This document shows, one piece after another, positions 30,229-40,116 of a stretch of DNA of 64,000 nt. The position numbers and the translations under genes are program-made. Each line of letters starts with the position of its first letter. Positions within the stretch are counted from its first letter, which is position 1. The DNA is from an uncultured Rickettsiales bacterium (GTDB lineage Bacteria; Pseudomonadota; Alphaproteobacteria; Rickettsiales; UBA1997). The notes beneath the pieces are model-generated. The model was not told the origin of the DNA and did no database searches. It worked only from the letters and a program-made list of their open reading frames with translations. The stretch is from positions 3,840 to 67,839 of the forward strand of contig CAJQHK010000002.1 of NCBI GenBank assembly GCA_905478165.1. Reading direction: 5' to 3'.

Positions 30229-30961
30229 AAATTACTTTGTAAAAATATAATCCCCAAGGTGGTGCATTTGGTCCAGATTTTGTTCTATCCTTAGCTTTAA
30301 GAATATTGTTAATTTCTGCTGGATCAATATTTTTTTTAGAAAATTGGACTAAGGTTCCTACGATGTTTCGAACCATATGATGTAAAAATGATTTGGCTGC
30401 GATTTCAATAATAATTAGATCATTTTTTTTTATAATTTTTATATAATCAATTTGACGAATTGCGTTTTCTGCCTGACATTCTGAATCTCTAAAGCTGGAA
30501 AAATCATGTTTACCAATTAGGTAGTTTGCCGTCTTTTCTACTAAACTTAAATCTAGTGAAAATGGTATGTGATAAAGGCGATTTTTGTCAATTGCTGGCG
30601 ACGCTCTACGATTTAGAATTTTATACTGATAAATTCTTTGTTTAGCAGAAAAGCGAGCATGAAAATCTTCCAAAACCTCTTCGCAATCCAAAATTGATAT
30701 GTCGTCAAATTTAAGAAAAAAATTTAAAGCCATTTGAATTTTAAAAGGATCAAAACTTTCTTCTAAATCAAAATGTGCTACCTGACCCAAGGCATGAACC
30801 CCAGCATCGGTTCTGCCAGAACCCATTATCTTGATATTTTTTTTGGTAAGATTCTTTAGGGAGGACTCGATTTGATCTTGGACTGTTATTGCATTCTTTT
30901 GCTTTTGCCAACCAGAATATATGGTACCATCATATTCTATGATTATCTTGTATCTTGGCAT
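30215..30961 (-). CDS. truA: tRNA pseudouridine(38-40) synthase
   Basis: 248 aa. Catalytic GSGRTDAGVHA motif. Confidence 0.95.
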   Translation of the reverse strand: MPRYKIIIEYDGTIYSGWQKQKNAITVQDQIESSLKNLTKKNIKIMGSGRTDAGVHALGQVAHFDLEESFDPFKIQMALNFFLKFDDISILDCEEVLEDFHARFSAKQRIYQYKILNRRASPAIDKNRLYHIPFSLDLSLVEKTANYLIGKHDFSSFRDSECQAENAIRQIDYIKIIKKNDLIIIEIAAKSFLHHMVRNIVGTLVQFSKKNIDPAEINNILKAKDRTKSGPNAPPWGLYFYKVIYENS

Positions 30962-30976
30962 ATATTCTTATGACAA

Positions 30977-31849
30977 CTACTTAAACCTTGTCCAGCTACA
31001 ATTTTCTTCTACCTTATCAAAAACATTGTCAATTAAATTTTCAGAAAAAGTATCTAACTTAGTTGATAATAAGTCCTTTATCAGACCCTTTTTTTTCTCT
31101 TTAATTTCAACAAATTCTATTTTTTTTCCAAATTTTTTCCCCATAATTTCTCTCATATTACCAATTTCATCTATTAATCCAATTTTTTTACTTTCGGTTC
31201 CCGACCAAAATGCTCCAGTAAATAAGGTGGAATCTGGTTTTTTAAGTTTTTTACCTCTGGCGTCTTTGACAATACCTTTGAAATTGGCAAAAATATCTTT
31301 CTGTACCGCTTTAAGAATTTTGATGTTATCAGGATCTTCTGGTGAAAATGGATCCAGAACTGCTTTATTTTTTCCTTCGGTATAAATTCTCCTTTCAACG
31401 CCAATTTTTTTGATAGCTTTTTCAAAGCCAAAGCTTGATGAAATAACTCCAATTGAGCCAATTATTGATGAGTCATGAGCGTAGATCTCATCACCTGCAC
31501 AAAGGATAAAATATCCTCCAGAAGCAGCGACGTCTCTGGCGAAAGTAAAAACAGGAATATTTGTCTCCTTAGAAAGCTCCTTGATTCTTTGAAAAATTAA
31601 TTCCGACTGCACTGGAGAACCGCCTGGTGAGTTGACATTAATGGCGACTGCTTTAAATTTTTTTTCTTTAAAGGCTTTCTCTAGTAACGGATTAACATTA
31701 TCAATATTTATACCCTTATCGAGCTTACTAACATTGCCTATTACGCCATTAAGGTTAATTACTGCAATCTTGTTGTTTTTATTTGGTATTATTTTTTTCA
31801 CCAAATTGCACAAAAATGACATTGGGCATTTTTTTTCCTTTTTTGACAT
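30977..31849 (-). CDS. sppA: signal peptide peptidase SppA, 36K type (S49)
   Basis: 290 aa. Blocks NSPGGS and AASGGY. Confidence 0.85.
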   Translation of the reverse strand: MSKKEKKCPMSFLCNLVKKIIPNKNNKIAVINLNGVIGNVSKLDKGINIDNVNPLLEKAFKEKKFKAVAINVNSPGGSPVQSELIFQRIKELSKETNIPVFTFARDVAASGGYFILCAGDEIYAHDSSIIGSIGVISSSFGFEKAIKKIGVERRIYTEGKNKAVLDPFSPEDPDNIKILKAVQKDIFANFKGIVKDARGKKLKKPDSTLFTGAFWSGTESKKIGLIDEIGNMREIMGKKFGKKIEFVEIKEKKKGLIKDLLSTKLDTFSENLIDNVFDKVEENCSWTRFK

Positions 31850-31864
31850 GATTTATTTATTAGG

Positions 31865-32419
31865 TTATTCGGAAATTTGCTCTACAGACTCAACCTCCGG
31901 AATGTAATGTTTTAACATATTTTCAATTCCATTTTTTAAGGTAATAGTTGAGCTGGGACATCCAGAACAAGCTCCTTTGAGGCTTAAAAAGACCACTCCA
32001 TTTTCAAAAGAGTGAAAGACGATATCTCCGCCATCCATTGCAACTGCCGGCCTTACTTTCATTTCAATTAATTCTTTAATTTGCTTAATTATGTCATCCT
32101 CTTCTTCATCCGCAATATCTGAATCTTTTTTGTAAAACACCTCTTGTCCAGAATTAATGAAATCCATTAGGCCGGATATGATGTCAGTTTTGATATTCAG
32201 CCACTCAAAACCACTTTTTTTTGTAATTGTTACAAAATCTTTACCTAAAAATATAGATTTTACGCCATTTATTTCAAAGATTTTTTCTGCCAATGGTGAT
32301 TCTAGCTTAGCATCCTCTAGAGTTTTATATTCTGATATTTTCGTACCCGCAATGTCCATCTCATCAGGTATAAATTTTAGACTTTCTGGGTTTGGAGTAT
32401 TTTCAATTTGTATAAACAT
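31865..32419 (-). CDS. NifU-like Fe-S cluster scaffold/carrier (Nfu_N + NifU C-terminal domain)
   Basis: 184 aa. N-terminal IQIENTPNPESLKF and C-terminal CSGCPSS motif. Confidence 0.85.
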   Translation of the reverse strand: MFIQIENTPNPESLKFIPDEMDIAGTKISEYKTLEDAKLESPLAEKIFEINGVKSIFLGKDFVTITKKSGFEWLNIKTDIISGLMDFINSGQEVFYKKDSDIADEEEDDIIKQIKELIEMKVRPAVAMDGGDIVFHSFENGVVFLSLKGACSGCPSSTITLKNGIENMLKHYIPEVESVEQISE

Positions 32420-32421
32420 AT

Positions 32422-32745
32422 TTAAAATAATTTTTTGAATTTATTTTCTAATTTTTTTCTTTCTGACTTAAATTTACTTTCTACTGTACCGGTTTTGCCA
32501 GTAATTTTTTTTGTAACCTTATCAACTTTTTCAAGTAAATCTTGCTTCACCCCCCTTACCTCTTCTAGGAGTTCGTCTTTAGTTTTGTCGATTTTTGATT
32601 CTATTTTGTTTTCAAAATTTTTAATTTTTGACTCAACATGATTCTTTGTATCAACTATGGCTACTGTAGCAATGTAACCAGCAATTGCGATTGATACCAT
32701 TGAGACCGCTATAATCCCTAAAAATAATGTATGAAGTTTTTTCAT
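32422..32745 (-). CDS. hypothetical membrane-anchored coiled-coil protein
   Basis: 107 aa. One N-terminal TM helix followed by a Lys/Glu-rich helical repeat. No family recognised. Confidence 0.4.
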   Translation of the reverse strand: MKKLHTLFLGIIAVSMVSIAIAGYIATVAIVDTKNHVESKIKNFENKIESKIDKTKDELLEEVRGVKQDLLEKVDKVTKKITGKTGTVESKFKSERKKLENKFKKLF

Positions 32746-32772
32746 AATTGATAAATTTTACTCCTCTATGCT

Positions 32773-33585
32773 CTAAGTTAGACTATTTCTATCCAACACT
32801 CCCCCAATTTTGACTATATTGATATTTTTTGCAAGACCAGAATCATGAATTTCTATTATAGATCCACAAAATGTTGCCTCTTTTTTAGCTGGAACCATTT
32901 TGCCAACACGTCTCTTGCTTAAGAAACTTTTGAGTGGGACATCTGTTTGCATGCCAATTATACTATCATAATCACCGCACATTCCTGCATCTGTTTGATA
33001 GGCCGTGCCTTCTGACATAATGTGGTGGTCATTAGTTGGGATGTGGGTATGACTGCCAATGACTGCCGATATTTTGCCATCTAGAAACTTACCCATGGCC
33101 ATTTTTTCTGAACTGGCTTCGGCATGAAAATCAACAAAAATAGCATCCACATCTACGCCTAATTTGTAATTTTTTAAAATATTATCTATGGATTCAAAAG
33201 GGCAATTTAAGTTGTTTTTGATAAATACTTGTCCCAAAAGATGGATGACTAAAACCTTTTTATTGTTAAGGGAGGTAAAAATTCTAGCTCCAGTGCCTGG
33301 TGATGATTTAGGAAAGTTGAGAGGACGCAATATCCTCTTTTCCCTCGTGATATAATTTAACATCTCCTTTTTGTCCCAGATATGATCGCCTCCGGTTAAA
33401 ACGTCAACACCAATTTCAATAAAATCTTTGGAGTTGTTTTCATTAACACCAAAACCGCCAGACGCGTTGTCGACGTTGGCAATTATAAAATCAAGATTAT
33501 GCTCTTGTTTTAATTTTGGTATATTAATTAGGGCGGATTGTCTACCGCTCCTTCCGACTATGTCGCCACAAAATAGAATTTTCAT
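32773..33585 (-). CDS. ymdB: YmdB-family metallophosphoesterase (2',3'-cyclic-nucleotide phosphodiesterase)
   Basis: 270 aa. N-terminus MKILFCGDIVGRSGR plus GDH and HAE metal-binding blocks. Confidence 0.85.
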   Translation of the reverse strand: MKILFCGDIVGRSGRQSALINIPKLKQEHNLDFIIANVDNASGGFGVNENNSKDFIEIGVDVLTGGDHIWDKKEMLNYITREKRILRPLNFPKSSPGTGARIFTSLNNKKVLVIHLLGQVFIKNNLNCPFESIDNILKNYKLGVDVDAIFVDFHAEASSEKMAMGKFLDGKISAVIGSHTHIPTNDHHIMSEGTAYQTDAGMCGDYDSIIGMQTDVPLKSFLSKRRVGKMVPAKKEATFCGSIIEIHDSGLAKNINIVKIGGVLDRNSLT

Positions 33586-34958
33586 TATTTTTTACCTAAC
33601 ATACCTCCCAGACTGGATAGATCTTGATTTCCAGTAAACTTTTCAAGATCTGACTTGTTCATTTTGCCAACTTTTTTTACCATTTTTTGCATTTGTTTTA
33701 ATTTTTTGATTAATCTATTAACATCTTGCATAGTTGACCCCGATCCATTTGCTATTCTTTTTTTACGAGAGGAGCTTAAGGTTTCTGATTTAGACCTCTC
33801 TGCGAATGTCATTGAGTAAATTATTGCTTCTTGCATTTTAATTTCTTTTTCTAGGTCGGAATTTTGCATCATTTCCTTAATTTTTCCAGCACCTGGTAAG
33901 AACCCAATAATAGACCCTATTCCTCCCATTCTTTTCATATTTTTAATTTGCTTTAACAAATCTTCAAATGTAAAAGTGCCCTTTCTTATCGACTCTTCAG
34001 CTTTTTTCATTTCGTCTTCGCTGATTTTTTCACTAGCTTTCTCTACCAACGAAACGATATCTCCCATACCAAGAATTCTAGACGCAATTCTTTCTGGGTC
34101 AAAAATCTCTAACTCCTCTACTCCCTCTCCAGATCCAAGAAACTTAATCGGACAATTTGTTACAGCTCTCATGGTAATGGCTACGCCGCCCCTAGAATTG
34201 CCATCTATTCTGGTTAAAATAACTCCGTCAATATTAAGTCTATTATTAAAATCATTAGCTACATTGACGCCATCCTGACCCATCATTGAATCAACAACTA
34301 AAATTGTTTCATCTGGTTTGGAAATCTTTTTAATATTTTCAAGCTCTGACATCAATTTTTCGTCAATATTAGTTCTTCCCGCACTATCTAATATTAAAAT
34401 CTCATAAGATTCATCCTTAGCTTTCTTTAGAGCCCTTTTGGTAATTTCGATACTATTTTGATTTTTTATTATTTCTAAGCTATCGGCACCGACTTGTTTA
34501 GCAAGAATCTCCAACTGCTCCATAGCCGCCGGTCTCGATGTGTCTAATGAGGCTAAAAGGATTTTATTTTTATTTTTCTTTTTGAGTAAAAAGTTTGCTA
34601 ATTTGGCTGAGGTAGTGGTTTTACCTGAACCCTGTAAACCTGTCATTAAAATAATGTTTGGCTCTTTATCTGTTAGGTTTATCTCTGAAGATTCTGATCC
34701 AAGTAGATCAATTAATAGATCATTAAAAATTTTAACAACCATATCTCCGCTTTTGACATTTTTAACAATATCTTGGCCAATGATTTTTTCTTTAGCTTTA
34801 TTTATAAATTCTTTAGCTACCGAAAGAGAGACGTCAGCTTCTAATAATGATATCCTAACCTCTCTCATCGCTTCGCTTACGTCTCCTTCGGAAATATTTT
34901 TTTTGCTGGAAATTTTTTCAAATATTTTTGAAATATTACTGCCTATTGCGTCAAACAT
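33585..34958 (-). CDS. ffh: signal recognition particle protein Ffh
   Basis: 457 aa. NG domain GLQGSGKTTT and DTSRP, with a Met-rich M domain. Confidence 0.96.
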   Translation of the reverse strand: MFDAIGSNISKIFEKISSKKNISEGDVSEAMREVRISLLEADVSLSVAKEFINKAKEKIIGQDIVKNVKSGDMVVKIFNDLLIDLLGSESSEINLTDKEPNIILMTGLQGSGKTTTSAKLANFLLKKKNKNKILLASLDTSRPAAMEQLEILAKQVGADSLEIIKNQNSIEITKRALKKAKDESYEILILDSAGRTNIDEKLMSELENIKKISKPDETILVVDSMMGQDGVNVANDFNNRLNIDGVILTRIDGNSRGGVAITMRAVTNCPIKFLGSGEGVEELEIFDPERIASRILGMGDIVSLVEKASEKISEDEMKKAEESIRKGTFTFEDLLKQIKNMKRMGGIGSIIGFLPGAGKIKEMMQNSDLEKEIKMQEAIIYSMTFAERSKSETLSSSRKKRIANGSGSTMQDVNRLIKKLKQMQKMVKKVGKMNKSDLEKFTGNQDLSSLGGMLGKK

Positions 34959-34960
34959 GA

Positions 34961-35362
34961 TTATTTACTAATTGCTTTAATTATTAATTCTGGAATTTTA
35001 ACTGGTCGCTGTCTTTTTGTATCAATGATTGCCAAAACTACCCTAGCCCTGTTAATTAAAATATTGTTACAATGTATTTCTTGATCTATTATAATGGAAG
35101 CTTTTTTAATTTCAGCAACTTTAGTTTTAGCGGTAATTATGTCATCTATTTTTGCCGATTTTATAAATTTTATCTCCATAGAGCTGACAACAAAAGCAAG
35201 ATTTAATTTTGTTTTTAGGTCGCTTTGCAAAACTCCACCCTCTCTAAGAAAATCGGACCGAGCTCTTTCATAAAATTTTAAATAATTTGAGTGATACACT
35301 ACACCCCCCCAATCTGTATCTTCAGTATAGATTCTAAAATTAATATTCATTGATATTGACAT
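34961..35362 (-). CDS. ybgC: YbgC-type acyl-CoA thioesterase (4HBT fold)
   Basis: 133 aa. Block YTEDTDWGGVVYHSNYLKFYERAR. Confidence 0.85.
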   Translation of the reverse strand: MSISMNINFRIYTEDTDWGGVVYHSNYLKFYERARSDFLREGGVLQSDLKTKLNLAFVVSSMEIKFIKSAKIDDIITAKTKVAEIKKASIIIDQEIHCNNILINRARVVLAIIDTKRQRPVKIPELIIKAISK

Positions 35363-35410
35363 TCTTTAAAGTTTGTGAAAAACTGATTAATTCCAGTCTT
35401 AGAGTATTAT

Positions 35411-35449
35411 AAAATTTCCCATCTATAATACTGGATAGATAATAGACAT
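35411..35449 (+). repeat. 38-bp repeat AAAATTTCCCATCTATAATACTGGATAGATAATAGACAT (family-1 Box2/TATAAT module)
   Basis: About 30/38 identical to 36530-36567 in the same orientation. It contains TATAAT at 35424-35429. Confidence 0.6.
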
Positions 35450-35453
35450 AAAT

Positions 35454-36476
35454 TTGCACATATCTAAAAAAACATCTATGCTAAAAATAAGAAATTTTTC
35501 AGTTTTATTATTATTCATCCTTTCTTCCTGTCTTTCAATTAGAAATTTTGAATCTTATCAAAAAGTACCACTTTCAGAGTCTGAATTCTTACCTACAAAG
35601 ACAGAATTAGAAGGTGAAGTTAAAAAGGTTGTGGTTTTTCCTTTTGATACCGGCGACAATAAGGTGGCAAAGAATGCTAATGTTAATAAGGTTGCCATTA
35701 CTGCTATAGAAAATATTTTAACTGAAAATAAGTTAATAAAATTAATAGACAGGAATTCTGCTAAAAAATTAGAAAAGGAAATAAGACTTTCTGAGATGAA
35801 AAAAAGTGGAATTTATAAGGGGCCGCAAATTGCTGATTACGCGATAATGGGCACGCTTTCCAATGTCGGTTTTACTTCTAAATATAAGGCGGCAATGCCG
35901 GGTTACAAGCCTGGCGAGGGTTATTATGTTAGTCCAGCTCATTTTGAGTACAAATCTGATGTAGCTGGCAATATTAAGGTCTATGAACTACCCCTGATGT
36001 CGGTGGTTGAAAATATTGCTTTTGAGGGTGGGGCAATTCGAAAAGAGAACGCTAAAAATGAAGGGGTTTCAATCCTTGGTATTGTCGATATTAAGGGTAA
36101 GAGAGATGCGGGCATAAAAAGAGATGATAATCTGGTAAGGCAAGCGGCTAAAAAATCTATTAATTATATCTCTCGTAAACTAAAAAATGCTTTTGCCAAA
36201 AAAGGCTATGTTCTGGAAAAGCGAGTTTTTAAGAAGAAGGTAATTTTTAAAATCAGCTTAGGACACAAGGACGGGCTAAGAAAGGGTGATAAATTTGATA
36301 TTATCGGTAAATTTGAGGAGAATAACGACATCACGAGAGAGTCCGAGATTGAATCCAGGATTTTAGCAGGCGGCAAGGTGAGTGACAGGGTAAATGATAG
36401 ATCTTCTTGGATTTTAATCAATAAGGATGGTTATGATAAAATAAGACTTGGCGATGCGGTAAAAATTAAATATTAA
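35454..36476 (+). CDS. lipoprotein, CsgG/LpoB-like fold suspected
   Basis: 340 aa. Lipobox LSSC. The segment KKVVVFPFDTGD..AITAIENILTENKLIKLIDR..LEKEIRL follows the CsgG-like pattern. A more likely start is the ATG at 35478 (MLKIRNF..). Confidence 0.35.
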   Translation: MHISKKTSMLKIRNFSVLLLFILSSCLSIRNFESYQKVPLSESEFLPTKTELEGEVKKVVVFPFDTGDNKVAKNANVNKVAITAIENILTENKLIKLIDRNSAKKLEKEIRLSEMKKSGIYKGPQIADYAIMGTLSNVGFTSKYKAAMPGYKPGEGYYVSPAHFEYKSDVAGNIKVYELPLMSVVENIAFEGGAIRKENAKNEGVSILGIVDIKGKRDAGIKRDDNLVRQAAKKSINYISRKLKNAFAKKGYVLEKRVFKKKVIFKISLGHKDGLRKGDKFDIIGKFEENNDITRESEIESRILAGGKVSDRVNDRSSWILINKDGYDKIRLGDAVKIKY

Positions 36477-36529
36477 TATCGGTTGCATTTACTTTTGAAT
36501 AAATAATCAAATTATCATGAGTGGGCAGT

Positions 36530-36567
36530 ACCAATTCCCACCTATAATACTGGGTAAGTAATGGCAT
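36530..36567 (+). repeat. 38-bp repeat ACCAATTCCCACCTATAATACTGGGTAAGTAATGGCAT
   Basis: This is the partner of 35411-35449. Together with 36578-36603 it forms an inverted pair. Confidence 0.6.
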
Positions 36568-36577
36568 GATCTAGAAT

Positions 36578-36603
36578 ACGTTATAAAGGGGAGTTGGTAT
36601 AAT
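36578..36603 (+). repeat. Family-1 Box2 module ACGTTATAAAGGGGAGTTGGTATAAT, 26 nt upstream of the HAD gene
   Basis: Matches ..ATTATAAGTGGGAATTGGTAT (copy B) and the reverse complement of 63905-63925. Confidence 0.5.
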
Positions 36604-36628
36604 TTGTAAGAATTTTAAAATTTATTAA

Positions 36629-37474
36629 ATGATTTTTAAAGAAAATTTATTAGAGATCTATCAAGATTATACTCATTTTATAATTGATATTTGGGGAGTT
36701 ATTCATGATGGTAGTCACGTCTATCCTGGCGTAATTGAAAATCTAAGGAAAGTTAGGGAGTCTGGTAAAAAAATATGCTTCCTATCTAATGCCCCAAGGA
36801 GGGCGGCTAAGGTTGAAATGTTATTAAATAAGTTTGGCATAGAGAAGGATTTTTATGACTTTGTATTAACTTCTGGCGAGGCAACATTTTTACACCTAAA
36901 GGAAAATCAAGATTTTGGTTGGGAATATTTTTATATGGGCGAAAATAAGGACCTTGATTTACTTGATGGCCTGAATTACAAAATGACCGACATGAAGTTG
37001 GCAAAATTTATTGTAAATACCGGTCTTGGCGATGAATTTCCAACTGTAGATTCTAGGATGAATGATTTGGAGGAGGGTTTGAAATATGACTTGCCTATGA
37101 TTTGCGTTAATCCAGACTTAGTAGTTGTAAAGAAGTCGGGTTTAGAAATACTTTGCGCCGGTATTCTGGCTAAAAAATATCAAGATATGGGTGGTAAGGT
37201 GGTTTTTTTTGGCAAACCATATAAGTCAGTTTACGATAGGGTTAAAGATTTGTTCGGCGACATTAATAAGGCAAAAATTTTAGCTATTGGAGATGGTATA
37301 GAGACTGACATTGGTGGTGCGAATAAAAATAATATCGACTCAGCCTTGATTGGCGGAGGAATTTTAGGTAAAAGACTTGGTGTAAAATATAGGCAACTAC
37401 CAGAGAATAAAATCATGAAAGATGTTTGTAAAGAGTATGGTATCATACCTAAATTTATATTAGGCGGTTTATAA
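36629..37474 (+). CDS. HAD-superfamily subfamily IIA hydrolase
   Basis: 281 aa. Motif I FIIDIWGVIHDG, motif II LSNAPR and motif IV GDGIETD. Confidence 0.8.
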   Translation: MIFKENLLEIYQDYTHFIIDIWGVIHDGSHVYPGVIENLRKVRESGKKICFLSNAPRRAAKVEMLLNKFGIEKDFYDFVLTSGEATFLHLKENQDFGWEYFYMGENKDLDLLDGLNYKMTDMKLAKFIVNTGLGDEFPTVDSRMNDLEEGLKYDLPMICVNPDLVVVKKSGLEILCAGILAKKYQDMGGKVVFFGKPYKSVYDRVKDLFGDINKAKILAIGDGIETDIGGANKNNIDSALIGGGILGKRLGVKYRQLPENKIMKDVCKEYGIIPKFILGGL

Positions 37475-37643
37475 TGTAACCTTCTGGAATTTAAAATCTC
37501 CTTTGATATTACTCTATGTTTTAACTTTGGGATACTCACTTACTTTAAGTAAGTTGTACTTTTTAATTTAAAAGAATAAAAAATCTCTGCGGACATTTTG
37601 AATCCACACACTCCAACAATTTTAAAAACGACAGTTAAAAGTT

Positions 37644-38663
37644 ATGAAAATAGAAAAAATATTTTTACCCACCTTACTATTGTGTATTACGGTTTGGTTA
37701 CTATTTGCCGTAAAGTCGGTTTTGTCGCCATTTATATTTTCCGCAATTATTGCCTACTTATTTAGCCCTATAATTCTAAAATTAGAAAATTTTGGAATTG
37801 CTAGATCCGCATCCTCTTTGGTAATTTTGATATTATTTTTTACAATTTTAGTTATTATTTTCACAAGTCTGTTGCCATCTTTGTTTTATGAATTGACCCA
37901 ATTTTTAAAAAAATTACCTATATATATTGACAATTTATTAGATAAAATATCAATTTTAACTGATTTTGAGCTGAAGGATAATCTAGTTTCTGATGCTGCT
38001 CTGTCAAAGATATTGTCATTTTCTAATAATGTATTTGGCAATATTGCCAATTCTACTAATATTGCTATCGACGTTATTGCTTCTTTTGTTATTACGCCGA
38101 TAATTACCTTTTATTTTTTAAGAGATTGGGAAAGGATTATTTTGTTTGTAAAGGATTGTTTACCAACAAAATATAAAAATAATATAGAGCAGATTATGAT
38201 AGAAATCGATCAAATTATCTCTAAATATCTTCGTGGTCAATTAATGGTTTGCTTGGTTCTAGGATTTATTTATGCCACATCCTTAAATCATCTAGGATTA
38301 AATTATGGTTTTTTAATTGGAGTTGTTACTGGCCTATTATCATTTATTCCTTATGTGGGAATGTTAATTGGGGTCGTCTCTGCATGTACTATTGCCTTAT
38401 TCCAATGGGGTTTTGTGCCAATGTATTTTGGCCTAATAGCATTAATATTCATTATTGGTCAGGTTGTGGAATCTAACTATTTTACCCCAAAATTAGTTGG
38501 TGATCAGGTTGGGATTCATCCAGTTTGGATTATTTTTGGTCTTTTTGCTTTTGGCATATTATTTGGTTTTGCTGGATTGTTAATGGCAATCCCCTTAACC
38601 GCCATTTCTAAAATACTTCTATGCCATTGCAGCAAACTATATAGAAAAAAATATATAAAATAA
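37644..38663 (+). CDS. AI-2E family transporter (PerM/YdiK-like, UPF0118)
   Basis: 339 aa with ~8 TM helices and the family-typical C-terminal blocks (IPYVG, PVWIIFG). Confidence 0.8.
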   Translation: MKIEKIFLPTLLLCITVWLLFAVKSVLSPFIFSAIIAYLFSPIILKLENFGIARSASSLVILILFFTILVIIFTSLLPSLFYELTQFLKKLPIYIDNLLDKISILTDFELKDNLVSDAALSKILSFSNNVFGNIANSTNIAIDVIASFVITPIITFYFLRDWERIILFVKDCLPTKYKNNIEQIMIEIDQIISKYLRGQLMVCLVLGFIYATSLNHLGLNYGFLIGVVTGLLSFIPYVGMLIGVVSACTIALFQWGFVPMYFGLIALIFIIGQVVESNYFTPKLVGDQVGIHPVWIIFGLFAFGILFGFAGLLMAIPLTAISKILLCHCSKLYRKKYIK

Positions 38664-38800
38664 GAGTTCTTGCAATATATGTTATTTTACAGAACCTTAG
38701 TAGGATCTTCTCTTGTTGCTACCCGCCTTAAGGAGAGATTCCTATAATAATGCTTGCAAAATATTTTGTTTATTTCATCATGAACGTCTTGTATTTCTTT

Positions 38801-38876
38801 GCCCAGATAGCTCAGTTGGTAGAGCAAAGGACTGAAAATCCTTGTGTCGGCGGTTCGAATCCGTCTCTGGGCACCA
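38801..38876 (+). tRNA. tRNA-Phe (anticodon GAA), CCA encoded
   Basis: GCCCAGATAGCTCAGTTGGTAGAGCAAAGGACTGAAAATCCTTGTGTCGGCGGTTCGAATCCGTCTCTGGGCACCA folds as a full cloverleaf. Confidence 0.95.
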
Positions 38877-38954
38877 CTTATTACACTCATCACACCTTCT
38901 TTTTACATAATTTTTGCTAATATTATTTTATAATATTTTGAACTTTATGTGGCC

Positions 38955-39405
38955 CTAATTTCTATTGAATTTTCTTTCCTTCATGATTTTTGGAAAATAA
39001 TCTTGTGTTAATTTTGAGTTTTTAGGTGGGGATAGGAGCGATTCCTCATCATATAATTTTAAGTAATCTAGCTTATCATCGATCAAATATTGAAAATAAG
39101 CTATTATGCCAAAATCAACCTCTCCTGCTTTTAGTTTTTTTATAAGATCATAAGTCTTTAATTTTAGAAGATAGAATTTAACATTTGGGAATTCTTGATG
39201 TATCTTATCAACAATTAAGGGTAAATCGTTGTAATAAGGGCTATTTTATACCTACTTCATTATTGTTAATATTCTCAATTTTCTTTATTTACTGACTACG
39301 TGCAGAGTGAGAAATAAAGCATTTCTGTTAAGCTTTTCTAAAGTGCTTTAATTCATTTGCGGCAATTAGACTACTCAAAATCTCTGATGTTTATTATAAG
39401 TAATA
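38955..39405 (-). pseudogene. LysR-family (OxyR-like) regulator remnant, divergent from ahpC
   Basis: Minus-strand translation gives HTH remnants ..LIAANELKHFRKA*QKCFISHSARSQ*IKKIE.. and a substrate-domain piece ..LPLIVDKIHQEFPNVKFYLLKLKTYDLIKKLKAGEVDFGIIAYFQYLIDDKLDYLKLYDEE... There are several stops, and only ~450 of the ~900 nt expected remain. Confidence 0.55.
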
Positions 39406-39497
39406 ATATATACTATACTTATAAGTTAATTTCTTTACACTTAGTTCTATGATCAATTTTGATCGTAATTTTATTAACTTATATTAAATAATTAATC

Positions 39498-40046
39498 ATG
39501 CTAACTATTGGAGATAAGTTTCCAGCTTTTGACTTAAAAGCTGTTAAATCTGGTAAGTACCCAGAAAGTCCAAATGATGCTTTCATCAATATTGACGATG
39601 AAACTAACAAAGGTAAATGGCAGGTAATCTTCTTTTGGCCAAAAGATTTTACTTTTATTTGTCCAACTGAAATTGCTGCATTTGGAAAATTAAATGAAGA
39701 TTTTATTGATCGTGATACAGTGTTGCTTGGAGCTAGTACTGATAGTGAATTTGTTCATCTAGCTTGGAAAAGGGATAATGAAGAATTATCAGAACTTCCA
39801 ATTCCAATGCTTGCTGATGTTGGTGGAAAATTATCATATAATCTCGGAATTTTAAATAAAGATGAAGTAGCGGCAAATCGTGCAACCTTCATTATTGATC
39901 CAGATGGAATCATTAGATTTGTATCAGTTACAGATCTGAATGTTGGTCGTAATCCTGATGAAGTTTTAAGAGTTTTAGACGCTCTTCAAACTGATGAATT
40001 ATGCCCATGTAACTGGAAAAAAGGTGAGGACACTATTAATGTTTAG
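39498..40046 (+). CDS. ahpC: peroxiredoxin AhpC (typical 2-Cys, AhpD-dependent type)
   Basis: 182 aa. Peroxidatic Cys in FTFICPTE and resolving Cys in ELCPCNW. Confidence 0.93.
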   Translation: MLTIGDKFPAFDLKAVKSGKYPESPNDAFINIDDETNKGKWQVIFFWPKDFTFICPTEIAAFGKLNEDFIDRDTVLLGASTDSEFVHLAWKRDNEELSELPIPMLADVGGKLSYNLGILNKDEVAANRATFIIDPDGIIRFVSVTDLNVGRNPDEVLRVLDALQTDELCPCNWKKGEDTINV

Positions 40047-40116
40047 AATTTATAACAACTCGAGCTTGTAAAAGCAGGTAAGACCTAAAAATATTAATCA
40101 AACAAAGGAAAATAAA

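Noticed and set aside
35421-35432. CCCATCTATAAT / CCCACCTATAAT as sigma-32 (RpoH) -10 elements (CCCCATNT-like).
   Set aside because: No CTTGAA-type -35 lies at the required 13-15 bp spacing in either copy. The resemblance is therefore noted but not claimed.
38687-38893. A 68-aa minus-strand ORF.
   Set aside because: It overlaps tRNA-Phe antisense (RTADTRIFSPLLYQLSY is the reverse translation of the tRNA). It is an artefact.
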